Source: Chrysomallon squamiferum
Lineage: Eukaryota > Animalia > Mollusca
NCBI GenBank assembly: GCA_012295275.1
Contig: CM022667.1
Coordinates: forward strand, 22,134,001-22,198,000
Reading direction: 5' to 3'
DNA length: 64,000 bases
Both the position numbers and the translations under genes were made by a program. Under the pieces are notes generated by a model. The model had not been told where the DNA came from, made no database searches, and worked only from the letters and a program-made list of their open reading frames with translations. Shown here piece after piece: positions 23,929 to 37,952 of this stretch (its first letter is position 1; each line of letters begins with the position of its first letter).

Positions 23929-25413
23929 CCTTAATAGGTATATTTATATCATACAGATCCCAGAGTTCATAACCGAAGTTCATTCCTCCTTAATAGATCT
24001 GTCTGTTTTATCAAAGGTAGTAATTTGCATTTTTCTGTCAGTGGGAATTTGTGTAAATTTCTTACTTCTAAGGTCTTCTGTATCATCATTTTTATTTGTT
24101 ATTTGTTTGATATTATTATTATTATTATTATTATTATTAAAGTTCTTCTTTATAATATTATTTAAAAATTAAATATTAAATACAGCCACAATCTAGAAAT
24201 ATATATATATTATATTCTGAATAATAATTTCTCTTTCAATGTAGGGCGACATCAAGGAACGCATTCAGAATCTCGGAAAGGCGTTTGCCAGATTACCTTT
24301 AACTTTCGTGATGAAATGAAATGAATAATTTATTACAAAGCCAAAAAGACTGAACAGAACTGATTACGCAGAGATACACACATGCACATTTCGTACACAA
24401 AAACATGTACATAAACACAAACATTATTCTTCACCTATTTCAATTATATATATACATATTTACATATAACAGATTTATATATATATATATAAATCTGTTA
24501 TATGTAAATAAAACAGTAGCGTTCTGTTTGCGCCTCTAAGAGCTGTAATCAATAGATATAAATAATAATAAGGGAGTCAGCCACATGACTTAACAATCAA
24601 TATTAAAATGAACAGTAACTTTGTATGCAATGAAAAAGTAAACAGTAATCAAATCAATATAATGATTTACCTTCAGTTACGTATTTGTCACGAAACCATT
24701 AATTTATCCTTTAAGATATTTTAACACATTCTTCTCCATAGCAACAAGACATTTGTCCGTATTTTCTAACCACCTGCATGGCCACATGTTTACGCCATCT
24801 CCGAGCCGGGAACAGGTAGGAAATGAAACATGAACGTTCCATTCAATAAGAAACGAAAGAATACAGTTACTTCCCTTGAATAGATTATTACGCTTCGTTG
24901 TACTTATAAAGGCCGTTTTCAGTATGAGCTTTAAGCCTTTTTCCTTCTCAATTTGCTTTGCTTATTATTTCTTTTTCTTTTTCGTCTTGTTTTCTTTATA
25001 ACTCCTTGCTTTATATGACAACTTAATCAGGTGTTTGAGTATGATTGAAAATAACTTATAGGAATGCATGCATGTATGCATTTATGTATGGATGAATATA
25101 ACAAATAACTACAAACATATATACATACACATAATATTATAATTATGTGAATAATGACGCAGTGAGAAAATTAGCTTTATGTACACAGCTAATAACTTAA
25201 GCTTATCTGTGTGCAGGTGATACTAATATTATTACCTCGGTTATTTATTTATTCCTTTATCAATATCTATCCGTTTTTCATTAATTTTTGTCATACGTCA
25301 CCTATTTTGCGGTTACACAAAGCCGGATTAATTCGGTTCGTGGGAATTAGAAGAATTTGTCGCGATATGGCGACATGCCAAGAAAGTAACAACCTGTAAG
25401 AGGAATAAAGTTT
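22879..25413 (+). pseudogene. Possible decayed multi-exon gene of unknown family
   Basis: Chain of exon-like segments with splice signals (22879-22924, 23039-23081, 23190-23213, 23455-23537, ~23958-24017, 24245-24280, 24741-24814, ~25320-25413). The first four are phase-compatible but carry in-frame TAA/TGA; two donors are GC/degenerate. Confidence 0.3.
24457..24510. repeat. Perfect 54-bp palindrome
   Basis: TATTTACATATAACAGATTT-(AT)7-AAATCTGTTATATGTAAATA is fully self-complementary. Confidence 0.95.
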
Positions 25414-26255
25414 AAAGTGCTTTCTTTTCTCTTCACAAATGATTTAAGTTAACTGTTGTTATTTCAAATAAAGGAAGGGCAATAACTCATAGATATCTAC
25501 CTCCGCTACTCACATAAGACAAATAAAAATACGCACACACTTCTACTCACATACGTTCTGTGACCGTGCAAACATACACATATACACTTTTGCATACCTA
25601 CCTAAACAAGAGTCCAACCATTTTTCCATATACAACACAACACACACAAAGAACTTTCTGGCCAGGTGGGGGTACGAGAAACTGATTTCTCCGAAAAACT
25701 GTTTGTGCGCCAGTGTAAATATATATTAGTAGCTGACATGCATGATAATCTGAAATGGTAATCGGTGACAAACAATTTATAATTATGCTTGCATGATATA
25801 ACTGTGATTTTGTTTTATTTTTAGTCTTTACCATTTTTAAATAGATATATAAACTGATATATTTATGTAAATTTTTAGAGAAATAAGTATTTCATGAACA
25901 GTTTCATATTAAGTCAATAGTAGACAAGAATAGAAATGAAAAATAAATACATCATTAATAATATTTTTTCTTCTTTCCTGTTCCTTTCCGACAGACGAAA
26001 TTTCATCTTCATTACATACATTCGTAAGCAGCAGTGACATAGAATATAAACTAAACTGAGCAAAGCCCCCCAAAACCATATCAAAAGCACAACGGTCACT
26101 ACAGAATACTAAAGCATAATGCAGCAAATCAAGTAATTAGTTTAATATAAGTTCAAGTCAATCAAATGGAGCCGCCATTTTGTGCAACAGCCCACTTGTC
26201 GCTTCCAGATCCAGAACTTCGACTCAAATCCCAATGCCCATGTATATTAGATTCC

Positions 26256-27337
26256 TGTTTATGTATTTATGTAGGCCTAACTGCATTTAGCAAATACAAG
26301 TATCTACATTTTTGTGACCATTCATACTGGATAGAAGGAATGTTACATAAGTTTGAAACCAGGAAGCATAATAATTATGACAAAAACAAAATAAGAAAAA
26401 GAAAAAAAACGATAAGAAACAAGAATTAATATATTTTTATTTGTTTTTTAAATGAATGAATCTATAATTTTAAATTAAATTAAGAAAAAAGAAATGTCTG
26501 AAAATTACTGGATCAAAGAGAAAAGAAAAGGCACTTGATAGACGAATTTTAAAGCTATTACAAGTATTAGTTTGTTACACAATACTCACCACATTTTGGC
26601 CGCTAAATAACATAACTTTAAAATTTAAAAACTGCCTTTAAAAATTCATCATCGCGTATTTTTCTGGTCAAACAAAACTCTATAATTCTTTGCACATGTT
26701 GGCAGTTAAAAGCAGATTATTTATTTACTATAATAATTAATACAAATTTAACATTTGTCGTTGATTTATCTTTTTATGTATAGAGATAATTTCACTCAAT
26801 CATGTCAAACATTAGTACTTTAATAAAATATCTATAATTAGTATATGCCAAAGAAATTCATCTAATGAAACACAACTTCATAGATCATTGAATTTTACAT
26901 TAAACAAGGACCAGATTATTACTCTTCATTACAAAGACACCATCAGGGTTATATTTAAATTCAATTTCTAATCTGAACTAGCAGGATTTCATTTTTCCGA
27001 GACTCAGTCTATCAAATCTTTAATTTTTATTTTCTTTCTTTATTACTACATTATATTTATATTTGAAGAATGATATTTTACTTTTTATTCCTATTTTTCT
27101 TTTTCTTTTTTCTTAATTTAATTTAAAATTATAGATTCATTCATTAAAAAAACAAATTAAAATATATTAATTCTTGTTTCTTAATGTTTTTTCTTTTTCT
27201 TTTGTTTTTGTCATAATTATTATGCTTCCTGGTTTTAAACACTTATGTAACATTTTTTCTATTCAGTATGTATGGTCACAAAAATGTGGATACTTGTATT
27301 TGCTAAATGCAGGTAGACCTACATAAATACATAAACA
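26256..27337. repeat. ~240-bp imperfect inverted repeat (26256-26494 / ~27100-27337) with ~600-bp spacer
   Basis: TGTTTATGTATTTATGTAGG...GCATTTAGCAAATACAAGTATC...CCAGGAAGCATAATAATTATGACAAAAACAAA is the reverse complement of the right arm. Confidence 0.9.
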
Positions 27338-27635
27338 AGTAGGTGTTAAGTAGATTAAGGATGAATATATTCAAAATCTAATGTTTATTTTTCAACATGC
27401 ATGTGTGTGTGTGTGTGTTTTCTTTTTTTTACACGTGGAACAAACTGCTGGTCAAACTAATTTTTCGCCTAAGTTGTGATTGTTACAAGATCAGTATTTG
27501 TGATAGGCTGTGACCATTCCAGTCTGGTTATCAATGTTTGTTTAGTACATTTTGTGTCAGAATTGTCACTGCCAGCTAGAGAAAAATCCACTGACATTAT
27601 CAACAAGGACTTTCACAGTAACATCATGTTTCATC

Positions 27636-28029
27636 TAGTTCGAAAACCGGTATTTAAATACATTTAAATACCAGTTTTAGTAATTATGGGTAATACTGTT
27701 ACCAAAGCACCAATACCGGTTTTCTAAATTTTAACGAATTATGTTGAGAGATATGTTAGTTGTTAACATAAGTTTATGTTAGTTATTCAGTTGTTGCTAG
27801 CATGTCTTCAGATGCAAGTTCAATGCTTGCTGTTTAATGTTGCACGTTTTCCTGTTTGATTGCTGACATGTGTGCCATCCTAAGTCATTTTGGCAACTAG
27901 TGATAAGGGATTGGCTCCTGCTTCTTGGTTGTCCTATGCACAAACTAACTAAAACTGGTGAAAACCAGCATTCAGGATATCTGTCGGTAATTTTTCGGTA
28001 TTGATATTATTGGTAATTTGCAAACCCTA
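27636..28029. mobile_element. Degenerate hAT-like MITE remnant
   Basis: Repeated AAAACCGGTA/TACCGGTTTT motifs and a terminal ...TTTGCAAACCCTA resembling a TAGGG-type hAT TIR; left TIR and TSD not found. Confidence 0.3.
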
Positions 28030-28425
28030 ATTTCATCTTATACATCAGCAAGTAACAAAAAGGAAAGCCTCATAACATACAGATCATGTAAAATTATTAA
28101 CAAGAAACAAACCATATATGTACAATTTTACTCTGTGCAGGTTTATCAGTGAGATCAAGGACGTCTCGGAACTGTACACACTTTTGTTAAGTTGCTTTAT
28201 AAAAAGCACGAGTTTCTCATAATATTAGTGAAGATTTTTCTTTATAAGTTAAATTTTTCTTCCAGACGAATAAACATGAATAGTAGTTTGGTGTTGAACA
28301 TTTTACTTTACACTCGATTTATTCAATTTTGTTTTCTGCTTCAGCAGATCTCAAACTGAAAGGAAATACAGTACACATGATTGATGTCTGACACCTGAAT
28401 CCATGACTAAGTGATAAAAGATATA

Positions 28426-29233
28426 CCGTATATACTTGTGTATAAGTCGAATTTTTGGGAGACTATATTAAGGTAATATTTTGGGGCTCGACTTATACAT
28501 AGGTAATGCTTTTGTAGCTGTTGCTGAAGAGTCGCCATTTTGATTATTTTTTGCTACGGGATGCATCTAAATTAATCGCGGTCTTTCAGCTTTTCAAAAA
28601 TATAATTTTATCGTATAACAATTTTTGAAAAATTAAATAACAAAACCAAATATGAATGTAAAACATGATATTCTTCCGTTTAATGACATAAAAATACATT
28701 TTAAAGCGAGAAAACCGTCAGTACGGCGTTATGCCTTACGGTGTTTTGCAGTGATCTAGGAATGCTACTTCTCTGCCAAATTGCACTAAATATCGGTCCT
28801 AATTTCATAAACAAAACTCACTTGTTTAATTGTAAAGAATTTGGTGAAATAATATTGCAATCGTCATTAATATCCACTACCGACAAATTTTGTAAATCAT
28901 AGAACGGCTAAATATAACGGTGAGTTAGGTCTCCATGGTAGACCTATTACATTAAAGAGATACTATTTATGATACATTTAGGCTATAGCTCGTGTAATAC
29001 ATGCATTTACGTTATTATGGTATGTTCGTGCAAGTTACAGCTCGTGCAAGTTATGTTACAGTAGGCGTACAATGTAGGCCTTCACGGCATTGTCACACTG
29101 GTCTAAAAATAGTGACGGTGCCTGGAATCTACAGTCGACTTATACACAAGTAATACCTAAAATGACGCAATTTTTGGTCTTAAAATACACATCGACTTAT
29201 ACATAAGGTCGCCTTGTACACAAGTATATACGG
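28426..29233. mobile_element. Non-autonomous pogo-like Tc1/mariner element, 808 bp
   Basis: TIRs CCGTATATACTTGTGTATAAG ... CTTGTACACAAGTATATACGG with TA on both sides (28424-28425 and 29234-29235); sub-terminal TCGACTTATAC repeats; CpG-rich relative to flanks. Confidence 0.85.
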
Positions 29234-30549
29234 TAGGATACAAATTCACAGCTAACTCTGAAGACAGTATGTTTTATAAATATGAATAGGCAATTTATGG
29301 AATTACTCTCCCTGATGCTGCCAAATAAAGTTGTTCTGTTTGCATGGAAAGTTACAAAAAGTGAAAAAAGCACTTTACCTATTTATCTATTACCATCAGG
29401 AAAGAAATTGTGTAATTCTCATGAACACTGAAAAAAAAACATTCTCAAAATTAAATATTATTTTCAGATCCTATCCATGGAAAACATTTTTTTCCAAATT
29501 ATCTGCAATGCCCATAAATTATAACATAATTGATTTTAAAAATGGCTGGTAATATAATGCATTGATTATTATTTTGATAAATTCCTTGCTAACATAGCCC
29601 TGCATCTGAGTGTATGTAACATAACTTATCTTGTCTATCACATAATACCATCTCAACTTTTTATGACATTTTAAAACCTAAGAAGCAATGGTATTTAATA
29701 TAAACATTATATTGCAGTCAGGTGTATTTCAAAAATATTAAAGTAACCTCTGCAGTTCTAATGAATACCTCATTTCCACATTCATAACTACAGTTCATAT
29801 CTCACCTCCATTCTTCCAGGTAAAGTTCTTCAGCTCAAGATGTGAGTGTTTGTTCAAACTGACCCATTCTAATCTAATATAAATATAAAAAACCCTATTT
29901 ATCTGGAATCATAAAATTAAATTAATATGTATTTTATTTTAAGATTTATATATATATATATATATACATATTTGTTTTGAAATGCAGTTTTCCTGTGTTT
30001 TTTCAAACCATATGCAACATAAATGTAATTAAATTATACAGATAATATTAAAACTATTTTGCATAATTTTAAACCAAACAGTTACAAAAATCTGTTTTTC
30101 TTTTCTTTTTCTTTTTCTTTTAAATAGATCAGAATAATATTTTAAACATTAAATTTTTGTTTACATTATTACAACAGAATCAATATTACTCAACTTTATA
30201 ATTTTGTTGTGAAATTAGAAAACAAAATAATATTGTGAAATATTAATTTGGGAAAAACATTTGACAAATAGAGTGTATAACCCTTTTAAATAGTTCACTC
30301 AACAACATTTTTGTTGTCCATTCAGTGCTGTGTCTGTTTGTTCACTTCTCTCAATCTTTTATTTGTAATGAGTCTGCATACAAATTACAAACCAGCCTTC
30401 AACAAGTTGTTTGGCCTATCTGGCTGTGACAAAACTTTACCACTCTTCCATGTACAGTTCTCTTTCTCATGGTTGGCTGGATTTTGTAAATACAGTACAT
30501 TTCATAGGCTGTTGTTCTTCTAGGTACATAAAACTGCCTACTGTGTGCC

Positions 30550-30863
30550 TGTTTGCTTATGGCTGTCTTGCCAAAGGTGGGAAAAGCTTAGAGTAAAAAG
30601 AAGTTTAGAGAATAGAAAATTCGTCATAATTTAAATGCTGTCATGGAATGCTGGAGTGTCATCTTTTTGGATGCAGTACAAGGAGACATGTTGTTGGAAG
30701 TTAACAGTAAGAATAAAGATTCACAAAAGGAAGATTTAATCTTAAGATCTGTGTAAATGTTACTCAGTGTTTAGAAAGACAATTTCATATGTGTGCTGTT
30801 AGGTGAACAAGGAAGAGACATTGGTCTGTACAGTGGATTTACAACAGCTTTCTTCCAACAGAG
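30550..30863 (+). other. Candidate non-coding 5' exon of the PHLPP-like gene (5' boundary uncertain)
   Basis: Higher-complexity segment ending in a strong donor GAG|GTAAGA (30864). The first PHLPP coding exon starts after an acceptor at 37930 and therefore needs an upstream exon. Confidence 0.35.
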
Positions 30864-31349
30864 GTAAGAACTTTTTTGTTTCTTAGTCAGAGAGAGAAAT
30901 GTTTTGATTTTATTATTATTATTATTATTAAATTTTTATTTTTATTTTTATTAAGTAATTAATTTATTATTATTATTATGATTAGTATTATTAAGTTTTT
31001 TTGTGGTGGTTTTATATTATTTTTATTTTATTTTGGTATATTTACATTAATTAATCTTATATATATATTTAAAACCATTCTCAAAGTGCTAGTCATGTCA
31101 TTATAAATTAATTAATAGTTTTAATTACAAATATGACTTGCTCTTTTCATTTGATTTGTATATTATTTTAAACAAAATGATTTTGTAGGTTTGTTTTTAA
31201 TGTGTCAGTGAATTCTGTTATGACTAAATACCTACAGCTAATTACAAAAAGATATACTGGACATTACACTGTAAATAAATCAGAAATAAGCAATTAAAAA
31301 TGTACAGAGTAAACTATAATGAGACCCTAAGTTGTGTGTATGAATGAAT

Positions 31350-31372
31350 GTGTATGTGTATATGTGTGTGTA

Positions 31373-31405
<33 letters not shown>

Positions 31406-31428
31406 ATGTATGTATGTATGTATGTATG

Positions 31429-31458
<30 letters not shown>
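31350..31458. repeat. (TG)n(TATG)n microsatellite
   Basis: Direct reading. Confidence 0.9.
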
Positions 31459-31460
<2 letters not shown>

Positions 31461-31705
31461 ACATAAAAACAAGTAAATCAACTTGAACTGATATGCTTAA
31501 TCTCCCAGTTAGTTAATTTTCCAATAAATCAGCTCAGATGCTTAATATTGTGCTGTCTCTGGGAAATATAATCAGAATAGTCCAAGAAGTGGCAGCAGTA
31601 GGTTTCTTCTCTAGATATCTGAACCATTCTCTTTTCTGTGATAGACAAAGCATTATAAACATAAAATAAAGTAATAATTGTACTATTTCTAGCAGTAATA
31701 TAACA

Positions 31706-31736
<31 letters not shown>

Positions 31737-34602
31737 TTATTTATTGTAAATCAGATTGTAAGTTAAAGATAGTAAAAAGAAATTAAATACATTTTATGTC
31801 TTTCACTATACATTATTACCTACATAAATGTGTTGAGTGTTTTACTCAATAAACAATTTCCTTCCATCATAGAAATTTCCAAGCATGCCTGTTATGAGAA
31901 ATCAAACACAGATGACAAAGCTTTGTTCAGTTTATTATATTTTGTTTGGCTGCACACCTGTCAATTTCTTGTTCATGCTTCAACAGGCTTTCACAAACAA
32001 CAAAAAAGTTTCTATGTGGGTTTTTGTTGTTTGGCCAGATTAGCATTACGGCTGTATTTTGTTTTCTCCTTTCTCAGGTTTTGTACTTAGATAATATTTA
32101 CAAATATGAACAAATGAAAAGTGAAATTATTGTTCTGGCTCAGTTCAATTGTTGGAAATGGATAAATTTAAAATCATATCTAATGACTGAGTTGGTCATA
32201 TTTAATCAAATTTTATTATTATTTATCAGAACAAAGGTAGGTATATAAAGTTTTCATAGTACATAGTGTCTAATGAAATTGCAATCATATCTATCTTTAT
32301 TACAGGTAATATATTTATATTAATATATGTAAAAGTGATACTGTCATAGTATATACATATATATATTTTTATTATTAAGTTTATTTTTCTATTAATATAT
32401 TATTCTCACACTCCTTTGAACCATCATCACCAAGCAGATTTCCATTACATATTTATTACACAACAATCTTTCATTTGTAATCATTTCCCTTCCTTTTATT
32501 AAAAAAGATCACTTATGGTTACCTCCTACTGGCATTATAAGTCAAAGACCTTACTGTTTCTATTTCACTGAAATGAGAGTATTGTTCACAAACTGAAAGC
32601 AGTAATACATGTCAGTGAATGAGAGCATATGAGATTAAATTAAATTGAATAACAGTCACTGCATGACTTCACCAGAAAAATTGCCTTCTTTTATAAAATA
32701 GCTTCTAATTTTCTATTTTAATGTATTATACATATTTTGTTTCTGTGGTGAATAATGGTGAAAAAACCCACTGTACCTGTTTTACAAAAAACTTAAATAA
32801 AAATTTTGGCACTCTCTTTGGTAGAACTACACTGTATTTGAATTATGGTTTTTAAGTATCAATAGATTTACAGCTGTATATTTCTCTGCATATGTTAACA
32901 ACGTATTATTACTACTACAACTACTAAACAATAATTAATACATTATTTTAATAAAACAGTTTGTACCACCAGGAAGACAGAATCCTATAACTATATTTAC
33001 AATAATAACTACAGTTTCAACTATTAACAACACTGGAGAAATCATGCAGATAAGTTTAAACCATTGCTGTTTTCTCCTCTCATTTTCAAGTACATTTTGT
33101 ACAGGTGTGTATAGCTACACAATCGTCTTGTGACCTTGACCTTGTTGATGCTTGCATCTGCTTTGTTGATTCCCAAACAAGTCATGGGACCTATGCATTA
33201 GGATGGTTTTATTGTTTGAGAAAATTGTTTACATAGATTTTGCTCAGTAACAGACCTGAATTTGCCTGTAAGTCAGAATATAAAACACACACACATCTGT
33301 GTACCAGTTACATCTGAGGATTAAATAATGACTTGTTTATTATTATTATAATATAAAGATTTCAGTTTGATGAATTTTCTTTCTTTTAAAACTCATTACC
33401 AGTAGAAAATAGAAATTTCAGCTTGAATTAATTTTACACTCAGGATACAGCAATGAAATAAGTACAAAAATATTGATTAGTTCATTATTCTTATTTTTTT
33501 AAATATTGTTTCTTATAAAAAGTTAAATATGAATAAAAGGAGTAAAGGTGACACAATTGATTCAAATGGATTAATACAGCTACTTTCTTTAAAAAAATAA
33601 AAAAACCATAACAAAACAAACAAATCGCCATTAACAAGCAAGATGTTATAGTTAACAACTTCTTAATAGCAGAAACTAATGAACTAAATGATTCAATAAT
33701 CATATGGATTTTTAGTTTTATTTATATTTCATATCAGGTGATTTCTGTAATGTGTTTTATTCTCATTCTACACATTTATTTCTTACCAATAATACACGGA
33801 AGCATAGTGTAATTTTTAACTATTTAACAAATATTTTATGACCTATTAAAATAAATGTAGTGTAAAATTTAATCTGTTTTTTCTGTCCTGTTTTATGTGG
33901 AATGTTCTGAATAATACAGAAGTGAATCATGAGAGAAACTGAAAAATGTTTAATGTTTAACATTTAAAGTGTGCTAAAATCTAACAGTGTTTATAGAATG
34001 TCTTTCAAAATTCTCTGGTTTTCTTCCCATGATAATGTTAGTTCTCTACAGAATTTAAATTACAGAATATGTACTTATGCCTTTAACAGTAGGGTTAATT
34101 ATTATTAATAATGAATTACTACTGCTGCTAATACTATTATCACTACAGATATACCACTACTACCACTGCTAACTCTATTATCACTTAACACCTAAACCAA
34201 TATTATTACTGATACTGCTATTACTATTATTAATACTACTGATGCTATTACAGCTACCACTATTGCTGTTATTATTATTTCTATTAAAAATTTTGGGATG
34301 TATTTATCAGAATACATATCTGACTTGTTTTATATTCTATCTATTTTAAAGTTTAGAATGTGATGAGTCCTTCATTCATGTTCAGAGAGAGATATTTCTC
34401 TGCCAAAACTGTGAGTTCTTTAAGTGTCACCATCAGATCAAATCAGCAGAAAAATGTTTCATACAAAAATCTATTTTAATTTATCACAGAGATAGAAAAT
34501 AAGATCTGTAAGCTCTTAAACATGTGTGAATCACTAAATGTAGATAAGATAATTATACAGAAATAATAATTATAATAATAAATGTAATATTTTTAATTAC
34601 TG

Positions 34603-34643
<41 letters not shown>

Positions 34644-37600
34644 GTGTGTGTATATGTGTTGTGTGTGTATGTGTTCAAATTACAATTATTTTTTATTTTT
34701 TATTTTTATTGCAACAAATTATTTATAGAATGGTGGATAGAATATATGCTTTATTGCTCATACTAGTAATAAAAAAACAAACCCACCTACCCTATAAATA
34801 AGTAAAAACAAACTAAAATGAAAAATACATTTATTATAGTAAAATGTTTTAATACAAAGTGGTTTGTAGTGTGGTGTTTTGCAATTGTATAACCAGTCTT
34901 TGTTAACAATAAAGTATTTTGTATTTATAGTGCATTTACAAGGAACAACTTCAAAAGAGAATTGTTTCTTCTGAGTGCATTACTTCTTATAACAGCCATT
35001 CTGTCTCTTGCATTATACAGTAGCAGCATCAACAGCAATAGTATATTTGACAAAATATATCAAAATTATTTTATGGAAAATTGAAAAAAAATCCTAATAT
35101 TGTCAATATCATACAAAGTAAACTTTACCAAAAATGTTTACATTTACAAACAAAATATAAATAAAAATATTACGAAAATATTTTTTCAAGGAAGGTAAAC
35201 TTTACAAAGAAAAGACAACAGAATAAAACATCTTGGAAATCTATAAACTTTAACTATTTAATACAAAAAGAATGCTTAAAACAAACTAGTCATAGAGACA
35301 CTAATAATGTTAAAACTAATAAAGTATTTGCATTTGTAAAAACAAAACAAAAAAGTATATAAAAAAACCCAACTGATTACAGATACCTGAAGCCTATAAA
35401 TTATATTTAAATATTTATACTTATATAATTGTATATCTGTCACACTGGTCAATGATATTTGAAAAGATAACTGGTCTATTTGTATTTATAGAAAAGGGTA
35501 TTTAAAACAATTGAATATAAAATATATTTGGACTATCTGTATTTATAAAAAGAGATGTTAAGCAACATCTACGCTGATTCTGACTCAACTACCATTACAT
35601 ATGAAAAAAATAAAACAAAATAGATATTTTTACTGTGGTATCAGATTTACTCTGACTTAGACATTTTTATATGATTTCAAGTTATGATTAAGAAATAAGT
35701 TTTTGGGAGATGAATAAAATATATTCCAGAAATCACACTGAAATGAAATATTTATAAGATAAAATTCCACCACGCGATTTCTACTTTTATTTGTAATTAA
35801 AATTTTAAATGGCATTACTGAATAATAAAATAAATATAAAATTATTTAACTGTGAAAAAGAAATTTAAATTTGAAAAAAATAAATCAGTCTGACATTTGT
35901 TTTATTTCTATTTCTTGACAGTTTCATTGGTCCTTCAGAATGAAAATAAGGTGTGTTCTTGCTTAAATTCATCATTTGTAAATTTTATTAAAATTTTATA
36001 TAATAATAAACATATTTATGCATATATTTTATCTGACAAATTGCCAAAACTAATAAAATATAATAAGACTGATGCATATTATTTCAGCTGCAAACTATGG
36101 GAGGTGCTTGAATATATAAATAATTCTATATTTGATAAGAAAGATGAAATACATTTGATTTATCCATTGCTGTTTATAAAATCATTTTTAAACGTTTATG
36201 ACTGATCACAAAGCCTGTCCACTCTAACCATTCTAAAGGCAACCATTCTAACCATGTATCTAAAAACCCAGTCATTACATCTGATGATTTCTGTAATTTA
36301 TATTTTAAGTATCTTTATTATTTTATCTTACCAACTAACACATGTATTGTGAGGCTAGTGTTAGGTATCTTCATGTGATCTGAGGTTAATAACCTTATAG
36401 TTCTGTTTTCACTGAAAATGTTTTGCCTTTAGCATTCATAAAGTTTATCATGAGCCTATTTCTGTCAGTTTTGCATTCAACTGAAAAACAAATAATAAAA
36501 TCTATAGTTTCCCTTTCTCATTTACGTATTTATAATTCCCCAAAAGAAATGTTTTACAAAATATTGTATGTTGAAACCAAAAATTGCTGAAAGCTAGTTT
36601 GTTTATGATGTAGTTACACCACAAAGTGATAATGCAAAAAAAAAAAAAAAAATAATAATAATAATAATAATATAAATAAATAAATAAAAAATAGAAAAGT
36701 AATAATAATAATAACTAAAATAGTGTGATTTTTGTTTTAATAAAAATTAGTAGAATATGAAATATCTTTATTTGTAATACAGCTGATGAAAAGAGAATTT
36801 TAATTATTTATCAGTGCAATGTATAAATTTAATTGTTATTTTTTTCTAAGCGTTTCCTCAAATAAATATTTAATATTAATCTAACACTTGCCCAGCTATC
36901 AGCCCATCTTGACAAAGACCTCTTTTCTCCAAGACAGAAGTAATCATTAGAATTAAGTGAATTTTGTTTGATTTGGAACTTGCACAAGTAGATATATATA
37001 ACATTTGGGTGGAGTTTTGCAATCTTCATAAAATCTTCACAAAAATAAAAAGCTATCTGGTTAGTGTAAAATAAAAGAGGATGTGTTTGATGTTTTATCA
37101 GTATTTGTAATGGAGTTGACACCCCTAGCTCTGGTTTAAGCTGAAAATAAAAGTAATGCAGATATATATATAAAGGAATTTGTTGTTAAATGTCAAAGAC
37201 TGTTTTTAAATCTAAATATTCAAATGTCATTTTATAAATATGTTTACAAATAAATGTCAATAGTTTTTTAATTTATTATTATATAATTTTTTAAATTTTG
37301 ACATCTGTAAATTGAATCACTTTTGTTGCTAAATGTCACAAGATTTATTTATATAATTTTTTTTTAAAACTTAAAAATAATGGTATAGAAGAATATTAGT
37401 ACAAAATTATAAGAATGTAAATAAAAACATTAAAAATAATAAATAAAAAGAATAAAAAGTATTTTATGGTTATCTGTTTATGGTTTGTGTTTATTTAACA
37501 CTGGTATATGAATTGTGAATTTGAAAATGTTTATTTTATTCATTCTAAAAATTAAAGTTGTTTAAAAAAGATACATAGAAAACCTGTTTTACCTATATAC

Positions 37601-37952
37601 ATCAGTATGAATGTTAGTAAATCATTATTGCTTAATTAGTTCATATACAGCTGAGAAAAATATTTCAGTTTATTAACATTAGCACAATGACAAAATATTT
37701 TTCTGAGTTCTTATAATATGTGAAATAATTTTTAATTATTCAGTTTAACAACCTAAGGAAAGCTAGGTAATTACTTAGTTTTTGTTATCAAACATGTTAC
37801 ATCCTAAGAAAGCTAAACAATTATTAATGGATTATTTATTAATATAATATTCTTTGTAAAATAAATTACATTCTAAAGACAACTAAACTTAAATAAGTGT
37901 ACTAACTAGATCAATATTTGATTATTTCAGTTTTTCTAAATGATGCCATGAA

